Assembly (NCBI GenBank): GCA_050084515.1
Contig: CM114271.1
Span: 15,748,001 to 15,812,000, forward strand
DNA: 64,000 nt
Origin: Blasia pusilla
Lineage: Eukaryota
Direction: 5' to 3'
A program made the translations under genes and the position numbers. The notes beneath the pieces were generated by a model that saw only the letters and a list, made by a program, of their open reading frames with translations, had not been told where the DNA came from and searched no databases. Shown in pieces: positions 1 to 12,832 of this stretch; position 1 is the first letter of the stretch, and the number at the start of each line of letters is the position of its first letter.

Positions 1-3000
1 CTCCTCCACGCACTGATGCGGCTACTATGACACTCCTCTGCATAGAAATGTCAGGAACGGGAGTATCCTAAGCATAGACTATGCCAAGGACCTCCTGTCG
101 GGTGATATATCTCAATCAAATCACTAGGCCAAGTGATGGCACTGCTAAATGCTGCTAAGGTCAGCATCTCTCCTAGCCTTTGCTCGATCACTCCACCAGT
201 GAATCGAACGGGTAATGAGCTAAGGCGCCCATCAAGACTCTACATCAGTCACTATTGCCTTGGCTCGCACTACGGACTCATCTGTAGGATGTCCCGGGCG
301 AATCCTTGCCACGACCTCCTGTCGGGTGATATACTATGTGGTACTTGCTCCACCCAAGATGTCTATATCCGGAATGGACAATGCTCCATATCGGCTCTCG
401 ACAAGCCCAATCCTCTGAATGACGCTTTCCCCAACATCAAGGGTTTTGCTCCTGAATCCAACAAGATGCGATGCGGACTAAAAGCTCTACCTCCGGGACT
501 CACCAACTAGAAGACCTCTCCCTGGTTATCCAGCAACACAACACTAGGAGAAACCATGGCACGCCCTATCGCGGGTCCAGCCATCCTAGCAACCTAGCGT
601 TGCCATGAATCTGACGTGGATGGCCCGAGCATCCGCTCCAAGGGCAGGTCCATCACCTCCTCTGCAATCACCTCTGAACGTGATGCAGGAACTCCAACTC
701 CACGCTCACATAGCATAGCGGCCAACCGAAAAACCTCGGCGGGTGTACCTCCCAACGTCATAACATTGGAAGCAAAAAATAAAGAAGTGCGATACACAAC
801 GGTGGCCACGCCAACAACATCCTCGACACATGCCCCTCGTAAGCACCAACAATAGAAGTCGTCACACTCGCTTCTCCCATCGCCCTCCGCGCCTGCACAC
901 CAACAACATCACAAACTCTACAGGAACTCTCATCAAGACCCATCGATGGGGTCCTCATCGCTTCGGACAACGTGAAAGACTGAGGAAGCCTAGTCTATTT
1001 CTTGGCTTCCCCTCACTGTGGATCCAACTTTGCGGCTGCTCCACGCGTCACAATTGCGGCGGCCTCCATCTAGGCAACTCCGCATATCCAACCAGGATCC
1101 TCCATATCTCTGGCTGCTCCATATGATGTTGATGCCACGGATCCGGCATCGGGTAACCTCAATGCCATAGCGGCAATCTGCTCCAGTAGTTGCTGTATCT
1201 GAGCAGCCATCCCAGCCTCATGTTTGGCGTCTCCCTCGATGCGTCTAGGTGGTGGGACTCTACCTCCTCCATGGGAAGCTCCACCACTCTGTCGGGCAAC
1301 TCCAGCTCCTCGTCCCCCAACGAGACCACCTGGTGCACGATCTCTAGCCCACCCCGACCGGCTACTCGCTCTGGTGCCATCTTTGGCCCTCGGTCCGGAC
1401 GTAGCTCAGGGTGTAAGCTGAAACACCTGAGACGTGTATGACCATACCTCTAACAATAGTCAAATTGATAACCTCCTGTTCCAGCACTATCTCCTCCTTC
1501 ATGTTGAGGCACACGTCCATGACCTTGATGAATGCAATCGCGCTCATGATGGGCTCCACCACATGACCAACAAGTAATCGTAGGCAGCTGCTGTTGAGCC
1601 GCATATGAAGGTGCAAGTCTCTGTGGCATGGCCTCGTGGTATGCTCCTTGAGCTTCAGGTGCCACAGTCGACCTATCTTGGAGTCCACGTTGCTACATTG
1701 GTGATGCAGAAAATCGTGATTGCTCTCGCCCAGAACCCATGGTGGCTTCACTCTCCTCCGCCATGTTCCGCTCAATGTTCTCGGCGGTCCTTAAAACATC
1801 TCTCAACATAGAGGTGTTCATAAGGAGCACCCCCTCCCGCACCCGTGTCCGCAGGGTCCGATCCAGCATCGCGTACCATGACTGGATAGCCTGAGCCACT
1901 ATCACCCCCTGAGTGACATTGATCAACCGCCGCAAGCCAGTGTAAGCCTTATGCAAACTCTCACCCGGGCGCCTGTGGAAGTCGTGGATGCTCCGCAACT
2001 TCTCCGTCTCACGCTGCAATGTTCGGACTTTGGAGAGGCGTTTAGAAAGGTCTCTTGGAAAAGTCCAAGAGACGAAACAAGGAACATAGTTGTGCATTTC
2101 ATGCATTAGTGGTCGTGACCACAAAACCTAGACCAAATGCGAGCCAAGACTTGAGATGAGTTGAGTCTTGGAAGATCTTGAGACGCTTCCAATGCACAAA
2201 GATCTCAAAAAATGCATAAGTAAAGACTAAGATATTGGCTGAAAACGACTATAAGAGAGCAATCGGAGGGCCAATTGAGGGCCAATTGGAGAGGCCTGAG
2301 TGTCTTTCCCTAAATGTAGGGAATCTCGGAGATCCCCATACGTACTAGTAAGGGAGGAGTTTCTCCACGATGTCTTGGAACACGAATCCCCATTTTGAGC
2401 ACTAAATGGCGTCTTAGAGGCACGGGATGGAATGGGAGTTTGGCATTGGAACTTGAAACCCAAACCTAATCAAAGGGAGTGGACTTTGTACGCCACACTT
2501 GGATTCCAACCCCAGATTCACTTGGTGCGAGTCTCGGTTAGGGACTCATTGGACAATTAGAACCGCCAGGCGCGAAACACCGTTTGAGGTTCCTGAACCG
2601 ACCAGGAAGTTTGTCCCAAGTCTTTCAAGACTTGCCCGTGTTGTAAACCGCGAAACTAGGAAGGTTGAGCTTGATGAGAGATGAGATGAGAGCTCGGAAA
2701 GTTAGCCCGCTCATTGATCCAAGACCCGACTAACCAGAGTGCGTGCTTGGATGCAGATCAGCGTTGAGAGCGTGACCTACTGAACGCACGCTTCCACAAC
2801 AACAAGATTAACATTCAAGGAGAGTAGGCGCACAACACTGGTAGCTTGCCCTCAACTCAGCGAAGAACTCAACCATGGGGTTGAACCTGGGATGAACCCG
2901 ACTAGACGGTGCAACTGCTCTAGTGAGAGTGGCCCTTCCTAAAACATCACTACTGGAAGAGGAAGTAGCCTCTCTTGACTCCTCCTCCTTATCTCGGAAC

Positions 3001-5656
3001 GGCTCCGTCCATGAGACATAGTGTGGGTCATAGTAGAGTTGCCATGCCTCAATCTCCTAGGTATATCAATGAGAGAACTCATGATAATCTTCCATGGGCC
3101 TCCCCTCTAAATGTTGGAACATATCGTTCCATGTTGTAAACGAGTTGAACTCTCTAGAGTTCTTAGCCCGCTGTGAGTCATACCAACTCCTAAACTCTGC
3201 AATGAAGTCGTGTAGCTCTATAGTGCCTACAACACCCGAAAACCTACGCGATCCTCTACCCCGGTCGTCCATCTCGTACGCCCAACTGGTAGGACCACTC
3301 AATGTGTACGGTAGATCACTAACACACTCCTCTATATGCTCCCCTCGTTTGAAGACGACACAGAAGGAGATCGAGGTGGTCTCTCACGTGGAGACCCTCG
3401 AAACCTCGCACCACTCCGGGTAAACCCTCTAGAGCTACTCTTAGGTCCACTACCTCGCCTCTCAAAATCCCAAAAGGACGCCGTAATGCCCTCGTGCCTC
3501 TCTCACACGATCACTCTCAATCTGGTGAGTAATCCCTCAATCACTCAAACTAAACATGCGGCACTCAATCTACACTCTCTCACTGAGACGGTGTTGTGCG
3601 GCAACAAGCACCGTGGTGCGGAAAATCAACCAATCTATTGTCTCATCGAAAAACCATCCTCAACTTTGGACATCCCACACAGGTCTATGTCCCCTAAACC
3701 CATACATCATCGATGCTCCTAGCATCAACACGAAATCCAATATCCCAAATAACTTTCCAATATCAGGAAATTCCTCACACGTGCAGGGTAAGAGACCAGA
3801 ATGGATAACCTGACAATAATGTCGATGTCACTCCTCGGCAACTGCAAATCTTGACCCCAACTCGGTTGTGAAGACAACTTCTCCAATTAGCAAGTCGTAC
3901 TCCTCTCGTACGCACGCTGCTCAAACCTCCTCGATGTGCGGTGCAAGTCCTGCGGTCCAGTGCAGCACTGGCGGCACGGAACGGCTACAAACGGCATGGC
4001 ACTCGGCGGCATACCCTCCTCAATCAGCAATTCACATGCTCTGCACCTTAGTGAAAGGATCGAAGTGAAGGTGGCTCCGCGATTTAGTGAAGGAGTGGCT
4101 GCGAAGCGAGTGCGGTCGCGAGCGCCGGCACGCAATCGGCGGCGCGTTGCGGCTACGGGCATCACGGCATGGTACTGGATCATCATCGAGTGGCTACCAA
4201 TCCCAACATAGCAATATAAAATGAAAACTCAAACATTGTAATCCGAGGTTACCTTCCATCACAGGTTGATGAAGAAACTGCGATGACGGTGGCGGCCAAA
4301 CCAAAGTACGTGGTGGCGGCGCAAGTCAGAGAATCAGCGGTGGTCATCGGAGACCCTCCACTCCGTAATGGCGAAAATGGCAACCAAAGGGTGGACAATG
4401 GCGGAACGCGGCTGTGAGCAGCACTAGGCGATGGCCGCGGGCGACGATGGACCGTGGCCGTTGACGGTGACAGTTGACCGTTGATGGTGACGGATGATGG
4501 TTGATCGTCAATGGTGATGGTTGACCGTCAATGGTGGACCGCTGACGATGACTATGACTATGACGGCCGCCGCTGGCATGGCGGCTGGTTTAGGGTTTGA
4601 ACAATTTAACCCTAAAAATCGCCTAGCAATGGCAGTTTTGCAAGATTGACTATAACTTTCTGCTTGCAACTCCAAATTCTGCACCATTTGTTGCACAACG
4701 TGCACAACTTCATGATCTATGATAGCGTCAAAAATTATTTGGAATCAGACATTTTTGTAAGAACTGACGGGTATTTCCGTAAAGCCCAATTTCTCTTTTA
4801 CTCCTACAAAAAATTTGGCGGCGCTTCCGCGCTGATTTCTCCCAACGAAAATGTAAACATGTGAGAACACAAATCAGCAAGCTGCATGATGCTCCCAAGA
4901 GCACCAGCATGGGGCAATCCTCCCCCATACTAAATCCCTATCCGAAATTGGGCAGCGCTTCCACGCGCCACTCTTCCACACGAAAAATCGGGAAAGGAAA
5001 CATCAGAAGTAAACGGCTCTTGCTGCGGTGAGCACTCCCATGAACCGCTGAAAGGGAAATACGATCCCTTACCTGCAAAACCTGCAAGCGACCAGCAAGC
5101 TCCCCCCTGAAGCCCTCTCACTCACTCATTCTCTCTTTGTAAAATAAGATCCAATCTCTCTCACAACACTACAATTCTCACATGTGTGCACTCTCACATG
5201 TCTCTCTCAATTTCAAACCAAACCCACTCTCCTAAGGAGAGGCTTGGGTTACACACACAAGGCAAACAAGACCATAGCTCCGCCACCTCATGCCAAGAGG
5301 TTCAACAAAGAGAGAATGAGCTCTCAAGCTCTCTCTCCTTGAGGTATACCCCTCCCTCTCCCAAACTCTTTCCATGGTAACCTATGCTCCCAAGTCACCT
5401 CCTTGGCTCTTGACCTGATGTAGGAAGTCAAGGGCCACTTTCCCAAAATATAAAATCAATCATATACTCAAAATGGTACTTACCTAAAATAGTAAGTTCC
5501 TCAATATGGCTCCAAATGAGCTGAAACGAAGGGGAAACCTGCTCTCTCAGGTTTCCCGGGGCCTCAGCAAGTCATCCTCAACCTACTGAGCATGTCCTCC
5601 ACTACTAATGAAGGTGCTCTACTAGATCTCACGGATCTATCATAAAAGACGTGATA
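1..5656 (-). mobile_element. Ty3/Gypsy retrotransposon copy A (5' part: terminal repeat A, leader, gag, protease; runs off the window's left edge just before the DNMT domain), degenerate
   Basis: The reverse complement is collinear with copy B. The 5' terminus at 5656 matches TGTCATGTCTTTTAGGATAGATCC at 13412. The gag knuckle TCWSCGGAHHERDC is in ORF 1450-1665, and the protease motif ILLDSGAKPLM is near 440-470. Bases 1-130 match B 18400-18510. Confidence 0.9.
2015..2837. mobile_element. ~820-bp insertion in gag of copy A, probably an unrelated solo LTR
   Basis: The segment is absent from copy B, where the two flanks are contiguous at ~16405-16420. It can be drawn with TG...CA ends, but boundaries and TSD are ambiguous. 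Confidence 0.6.
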
Positions 5657-8600
5657 CAACAAGCGGCTGGCCATTTCACCCGACCCACTGCTAGTATAAA
5701 GCCTCATCAGTTTCAGGAACTACGAGTCATCATGAAGCTCCCTATCGACATGCTAGTGGATCTGAATTCAGCAAAGGCATCTCATCTTCTTGCTCGACTC
5801 AAAACTGCACGAGAAGACGAAACTATATCTGAAGTACCAGACACCGACTAGCATAGCACTGCCAATGCAATCCATAGTCCACGCAGAGGATCCAATTCTG
5901 GGGTTGCCACATGAAGTAGGTCTAGTTTAGTGCACTTTCAGACAAACAGTGTATCTTTCTATGGCCCACCACTCCCAAAATCTCCCAACAAGCAAAAATG
6001 TACATGATGTTATTAACTCTAGTACAATGTTGCCACCAACCTTCACCATTGTATTCTATTTGCTCTTGTGTATTGCTGCCAATTCTTATTTACCGAGTGT
6101 TATTTATGTTATCCTTGTGATGAGTAGGTACTTTGCTGCTGAGTATCGACTTTAGTGCAATTGGAGCCAGCCACTGAATGTACTAGTCCAATACTCAGTT
6201 CTGCGCATGCCATTCAAACTACCGCATTTAACTATATGTTATAGATCGCAATATTGTGCACATACTAAGTTCTACCAACCTGATAGTTTGTGCCACAGTA
6301 GCATCTTGGCCACTCTATATCTGTACTTTCACTCAGTTACAAGTATAGGTCTACACCAACGCTATATAGCGTGATTTGTGTGTCGGCACTTATGTTTATG
6401 TTATCTCGTGCATATTTTTCAACAACAACATATTTTTCATGTCTGCTGATGCATGTAAAGTTTATTTGTGAGCAAGAATTCATCTTTTCATATGTTTCTC
6501 AAGACATGTGTATTCCACAATAATATAAGCCCGCTTCTGCCAAGTTGTTCACATGTCTGCGTGCAAATGTTTTTGTTTGACAACTCATTTCATTCTGGTT
6601 ATTCAATTCCATACAGTACTGGTTTTGCAACTCTTATAAATATTACATCGTGTTCTTTTTTGTATTGTGTAGAAAAAGAAGCGCGCTGTACTCCTGCAAA
6701 GCAACTTCATGCTTCTGTTAGCAAACAGTGTGGAAGAAGCAAAGTTCCTGCAACTCTGACTTTTGTGGAGCGCGTCAACCATGCTGGAACAAGTCACCTA
6801 CCCACTGTTAGTGTCCAAATACTTGATGAAACTGTTCGTGCCATTGCTACTACTACAACCCAACCTCGCAAGTCTGAGTCACGATACATGGCATTACATG
6901 CTGTGTTAACTAAGCTTGACAACCGAGACTAGGACTACATTGTTGCACTATTAGAGGTGCATCAATGCAGTGATAGCAACGTAGCTAAGCTTCTCAATTT
7001 AAGTGAATATGCTGCTGAAAATTATTTGAAGGGCGCATCTCTTGCTGAGAAGATTTCACAGATGCAAAAACTAATCCAGATGCCAAAACCTACTTAGTTC
7101 ATGGCTCTTACAGTCGTCGCAGGCTCTTTCATGTTGAACGAATGTTTTAGCTAGCTTGTACTGTTCAGACACACCATGTGCCAACCATATACATTATTGG
7201 GAAGTTTTACAATTCTGCCAATATTTGTTTCCAGGATGTTGCTCTAAAGCATGAGCTATTTATGCATATCGTTCACTTAAATACTTCCTACAATGTTCTA
7301 CTATTACTAATTGCTATTGCTTCCCGCGGCTGATTTCTGTCAAATTACGTTTGCATAACCGTTTGTTGTGATTTCTAACTCATAAAGTTATTTCCATATT
7401 CTCCTTTTATCACTTTTCAGTCTACCAACACTACGATTGGGGGTTCCTTGTTACACACCAAACGCACCTTGTTAAGCAGAAATTTAATTTGTTACTATGC
7501 TTACTGAACTCCATTCCGTTTGCCTTGTAGAAGCTATTAGCTTTTTTTCTCTTCCGTTCACACCATAGGTTTGTTATTCACATTCACAACCTTGCATAAT
7601 AAAAAACAAAAAATGTATAGTTATTTCGACAAACTTTCGACCATAAACCCACAACCATCCTAAATTTCTACCACTCCATTTCGCATACTACGCTGTGTTA
7701 CTTACAACACATTACAATCAAGAGCCAAAGTAAATGTTGTCATTGTTACTCTCACCAACAACTTTCTCTCTTAATTACTACAATTATGGCGATATTGCTT
7801 TTATTACATTGCAACATCGTCATACCAATTGAATTACATCTTATGAAAAATGTTTGAAAAATTAAATATACCCAGTGGGAATTAATTATTGATGTTGATA
7901 TAAATTCAAATTTCTTTTCAACGGACTAATAATAACCCGCTGCATAGGAAGTTCGTGAGGAAGTTTGACTCGGATTCAAACAAGCCAAAATCGTAGGGAA
8001 CCTCGTTTAGATAAGCCACTTTCCATCCGCAGTAAAGGTGTGTCTTCATTTTGTGCCGGGTTTCGTTTGGATCTGTCATATGGAGGGCCGGTCAGTAGAG
8101 AGAGGGCTAAGTGTTCTCTAGGTATGTATTCTGTCTTTCGCATTTTCCCACGTTTGCCTTTTCGGCCAAGGCCCACCTCCTCATTTTCGGAAGAATTTGA
8201 TTACGTTTCTCCTGAGACGTTCGGACTTATCTCGTTAGAATTGGTCCCAACATTCAACGGACGAAGTCCAATGGGGACGACAATGATGTGAGATTACAAA
8301 TCTCTGTGTCGATTTGACATTTGAGAACAATGAATAGAGTTTATCAAAGTCTCAGCGGGAATTGAATATCCATACCTGAGTCATATCCACACGGACAAGA
8401 GAAAGAGTAATCAAGCATTTCATGAAAGATAAGCAAAATCGTCGACTTCGTTACGCGTCTATAGCTATAAGTACAATGTCCGCAAGAAGCTGTACCGTTT
8501 GGAAAGAGAGATAATGTCTTAATAGGCCCATCCGCAAAGTGTTGATGTATCCACAACCGGCTCCAGAATTTACATATGAGTATAACACAAATACATCAAA

Positions 8601-10931
8601 GATCAATCTCCAAGAAAGATCTGAGACAGTTCTCGGGTGATCGAACAAACGTGAGATCTCTGGACACTGATGGTTCTGTTCTCGTCGGAAAATACACGAT
8701 GGGTCGTCGATAGGGGAGGTTGACGCAATCACCTCCGCGACTTATGTACACTACGTGTAACTTCAACATTCATACTTGATCAAAGAAGCAACAGAAGGTT
8801 CCCGACTCAAAAAACATTTCCGCGGCGCTTACAGACCAGCCAGTCCTTTCGAAAAGTGAACTCCTGGTTTAATAGGTCCTGACTCTAGCTAAAGAGGATC
8901 ACTCTCGCTATGGTGACCTGTCATGCACTCAGCCTGTATGGCGTTGCAATTGAGTACCAAAATTAGACTTGAAACCTTGGTGATTGGCTGTGGCTGCAAT
9001 GTGGCATCGCCTCCACACGAACGCCATTTCATGATTCAAATTCCACCTGGTGCTCGTTGTCACCATATATCTACATCGTCCTCTGCAGAACAAAGATTCC
9101 GCACGTACACTAATGAGAAACCACTGGTTTGCCGCGTCAGACTTGATCTTTCCTCGACTGGCTGGGAGTATTAATTAAGGGAGAGCCATTCGACGGCGTA
9201 AGAAAAAGTAAGCCTAAATCGTCGCAGGGAAAGAAATAATACATCTGCTATCCTTGGAATATTCAGTTCGCGACTTGCGGAACTACTATCCGGAGAGGGC
9301 GGCAGTAGAATCGTTTGGTCGAGGCGGATTCATAACCTCTTCACGGTCGAGTTCTCTGTAGGTATCATCTTCCAAGCTGCAGAAAAGCTGAGGAACTGTT
9401 TGCCCACTCTTCATAGTTTGTATCAATGTTGCTAATTCCTCCATTAACGTCACAGTTAGGTCGTTGGCGTCCCCTGCGGAGTTTCTAAAGTCCCGTTTTG
9501 GCCCGCTGGATTCGGAATCAAGACTCTCATCATATAAGCACTGGAGATTGCCACTGGACGAAGAAATGCTTGAAGCAAACGAACTCTGCTGCCCAAAATT
9601 CTGCACCGATACTGACCGAAACATACCAGTCCGAAATTTCTTCGCGATCTGCACATGACATTTGGACAAGCCAGATTCCATCAATCGCTGCGATCCCTGG
9701 TGGAGAGAGCAGCCGCAGTGGCGATGGTAAGGTCCTTGATTCGAGCACGACGCGCAGCACGCACTCGATGCCAACTGCGCACTCCAACTCGCGTACGTGC
9801 CACTCCAAATGCCACCACTCGAACTCATTTCATCCCTTTTAGTTCGCCCTCAAATCAAGAAAGCCTTGAAAAACTCTCGTGCAGAGCTTTATCCTAAATG
9901 ATCCTTCGTCCGCATCAACCCCGCCGTCTCGTCAACCAGCATGAATGGCGGTTCCTGACTTCAATCTCCATCACAGAATTATAAAACTGTGTCTGCGTAC
10001 TAGCTCTACGTCAAAGGCGAGCCGTCTTCGGTGAAAAGAAGGCTGCTTATCTGAGGTGGTTCATTGTACTCGGATACACCTTCTTCCTGCTCTTTCCATA
10101 GCGAATCCCTCATGCATCAATATCCAAATGTCAACGACATCGCGACCAGCTACGATACTGCCTGGCCAGCGTCGGAACAGTCATGAGTCGTGACACGATA
10201 CTACCATTTAAAGACAGTGAATCTGGAATCTGGATCCTTCGTATGACCAAAAGTCCTGGGGAACCTCACGCTCCGAATCTACCTCAGAGACTTCCAATCC
10301 TAGTAACGTAGCTGTCCAAATTTGGATTCATTCCCCTTGCCCGTGCTCCGTTGGAACGCTCCCCGTTTCCAACGGACCACAGCGCTCGGCACCCCCGCGT
10401 CCAGCTTGCGCCGTACACGTGGCCTAGTTGAAAAAGATGCCACAAGTTCACAGGGGGTCGTAACATCCCGTCAATGCGTCTACGATATTGGGTGCTACTG
10501 TTGATACGGAATTAAAAGGTTTTATATTTATATTGGACGGAGTTTAAGAGATCCCCCTTGACAGTTACGCTGCGCGCTACACGTAATCCTGTCATCTGTG
10601 CTGAAAGATACCGGCGATTATAACGAGGGCAAGATCAGCGCGCTACAGATGAACGAGAGACGAGAAAGGCAGACGCGTGTGATGGAACTAGTGAATAACT
10701 CACGAAACTTCTTTCCAAAGTAACGATGGCAAACGTTTCATTACGATCAACTCTGAAGGCCAACAAAAAAATACTTTCGTCACCGGAACGCAGGTCACAT
10801 CTATGCTTGTCTCGGTGCCGTATGATATACGTCTGCCTCCCTCACATACTTGATTTCCCGATCCCACTAAAAGTTGGCTTTGGAGGAGCGAGTTTGTGGT
10901 GGGCTAGCGGCGCACGCATAATGGTCACAAG

Positions 10932-11430
10932 TGTCACTGACTGAATAGTGATCATTTCCCAATTACTAGAGACATGTGTAAGCACGTGTGCTCTTGCTAT
11001 TTTAGGAAAAGAAGGTGAGGCTAGGAAACTTGTTCACTCCCGGCTTTGAGGAGAGCTAAACCCCCTTCTTTCTGCTTCGGGACGATTCTGGCCTCTCGAG
11101 GTCTTCCTTTTTTTCTCTCTTTGCCCCCTCATTTGTATCTTGATGGGTTCCCCATCCTTTTTTATACATATTTGATATTTCTTTTCGTTTTGAGGAGAGT
11201 AGGACTAAGTAGGTTGCACATAAAAGGGTTTCTTTCTTCCAGTGGAGGTGATTCCGAAGTTTCTAAAGGAGGTCCGTGCTAGTTTGTGGCTTAGCAAGTC
11301 ATAGAAGATCTCTTACAGCAATGAGATTCGAGAGTTGGAGCTTAGGAAGATATGGAGGATGCATGAGAAGAAATCTAAACTCTAGAGTTAGTAATTCTCT
11401 TTTGATTTTTGCAATGTTTTAGAGCAAGTG
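10932..11430 (+). mobile_element. Copia-like solo LTR remnant
   Basis: Shares blocks (aatagtgatcattt, gtgtgctctt..tattt, gctagtttgtgg, cttagcaagtcata) with 27134-27450, which directly follows a Copia RNase H and purine tract. Confidence 0.55.
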
Positions 11431-11602
11431 TTTTTTTTTTCACTCCATTTTTCCAAATCTTTTCTTGCATTTATAGAGAAGAAGAGTTTTGGAAGTTCTT
11501 TATTACTGGCTAGTAGACAATATTGTAGCAACAAGTATATGGTTTCCTTGCAATACAAATATGGCTTTGTCATCCATCAATGAGTAACATATCTATTGGT
11601 AG

Positions 11603-12168
11603 TGTCGTACGCATACACATCGCTACACAACATACATTGCTCTCACCGAGCACACACATAAACACGCACGATCCCATGCTAACTCATGGGAACTTTGTTG
11701 AGCCTCTTGGCATGAGGTGGCGGAGCTATGGTCCTCCTTACCTTGTGTGTGTAACCCAAACCTTTCATTAGAAAAGTGGGTTTAGTTTGACATAAGAGAG
11801 AGTTCACACCATGGAGAGCTTGGTGTGAGATGTGTTGAGAGATCTACTTGATTTATAAAGAGAGAATGAACTCTCAAACTCTCTCTCTTGGAGGTATATC
11901 CCCTTCCTTCTCCAAAGCTCTCTCCTCGGTAACCTATGCTCGCAGGTCATCTCCTTGGCTCTTGACCTGTTGTAGTGGGTCAATGGCCATTTTCCAAAGT
12001 GGAAAGTCAACTATACTCCAAATGGAAATGAGCCGAAATGAACGGGAAACCTACTCTCGCAGGTTACCCGTGGCCTCAGTAGGTCATCCTTGACCTTCTG
12101 AGGCTATCCTCCAGTATCTCTGAAGGTACTCTACTAGATCTTGCCCATCTATCCTAAAAGATGCGACA
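11603..12168 (-). mobile_element. Short A+B terminal-repeat-only derivative (solo unit) of the copy A/B subfamily
   Basis: On the minus strand it starts TGTCGCATCTTTTAGGATAGAT (matches the 13412 terminus) and ends TGTGTATGCGTACGACA (matches 22591-22607). There is no coding DNA and no clear TSD. Confidence 0.85.
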
Positions 12169-12540
12169 ATCGTTACAAACTATGGCACATGGGTTTCATT
12201 ATGGAGTATCACATATAGTCAAGGAACTTCTTTAACTATATTGAGAATTTGGAAGGTGGGGAGGATTTGATTAGTGACGTTCTTCTGAAGAGGAAATTTG
12301 AGGATATGGAGGCACATTACAAAAATACGCTTAATATGAAGCCATCACAACATATACATATAAAAAATTGATAAAAAGTGCAAGTGAGAACATAAGTTGT
12401 CATTGGTCAATGCTAGGAGACAAGCACCAAAAGAAGAATGTTACTTTCATCTACTTGAGGCATAACTTATGTCGGCTTCGCTATGTAGATGGATCTTCCA
12501 AGAATATTTCTTGCTAGAAATATTTGAGTTATGTGATGAG

Positions 12541-12832
12541 CAAGGCTGCACAGAAACGGACATGTCCACAAATCTCCCCAGCCTGCACCCGAGCCTGCTC
12601 AGAGCCTACCATGTGGACTCGGGCTCATAGAGCCCGCACCCATTGTGTGGCCCGCATGGTGGGTTGGGGACCCGCGTAGGGCATGAGGTTGTGAGCAGAC
12701 TCTAAGGTGTGGGCTTTGGGCGGGCTCGGATGCAGGCTACAGGTCCCGGACCTCGCATGGACATGTCCGTCCATAGGACAAACATAAGTTTGTGCGCAAC
12801 CTTGCACACAAGTTTATTTTTGTGCAACCTTG
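12541..12832. mobile_element. MITE-like non-autonomous DNA transposon (CAAGGTTGCAC...GTGCAACCTTG TIRs)
   Basis: Terminal inverted repeats caaggctgcac / gtgcaaccttg and internal GGACATGTCC palindromic motifs, shared with 49400-49690, 52739-53536 and 13260-13410. Confidence 0.7.

Noticed and set aside
133-1811. Plus-strand ORFs antisense to gag-pol (also 17495-17935 and 39487-40098)
   Set aside because: They are shadow ORFs of the GC-rich retroelement coding strand with no independent motifs.
5660-7100. Host gene from ORFs 5651-5851 and 6468-6932 (reading on to ~7097)
   Set aside because: There is an internal stop and no recognisable domain. It may be a pseudogene or TE remnant, but I cannot support a call.
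11598-12173. Target-site duplications around the solo unit and around copy B
   Set aside because: Flanks GTAG/ATCG and AAGG/ATGA do not match. Only copy C shows a 4-bp duplication, which alone could be chance.
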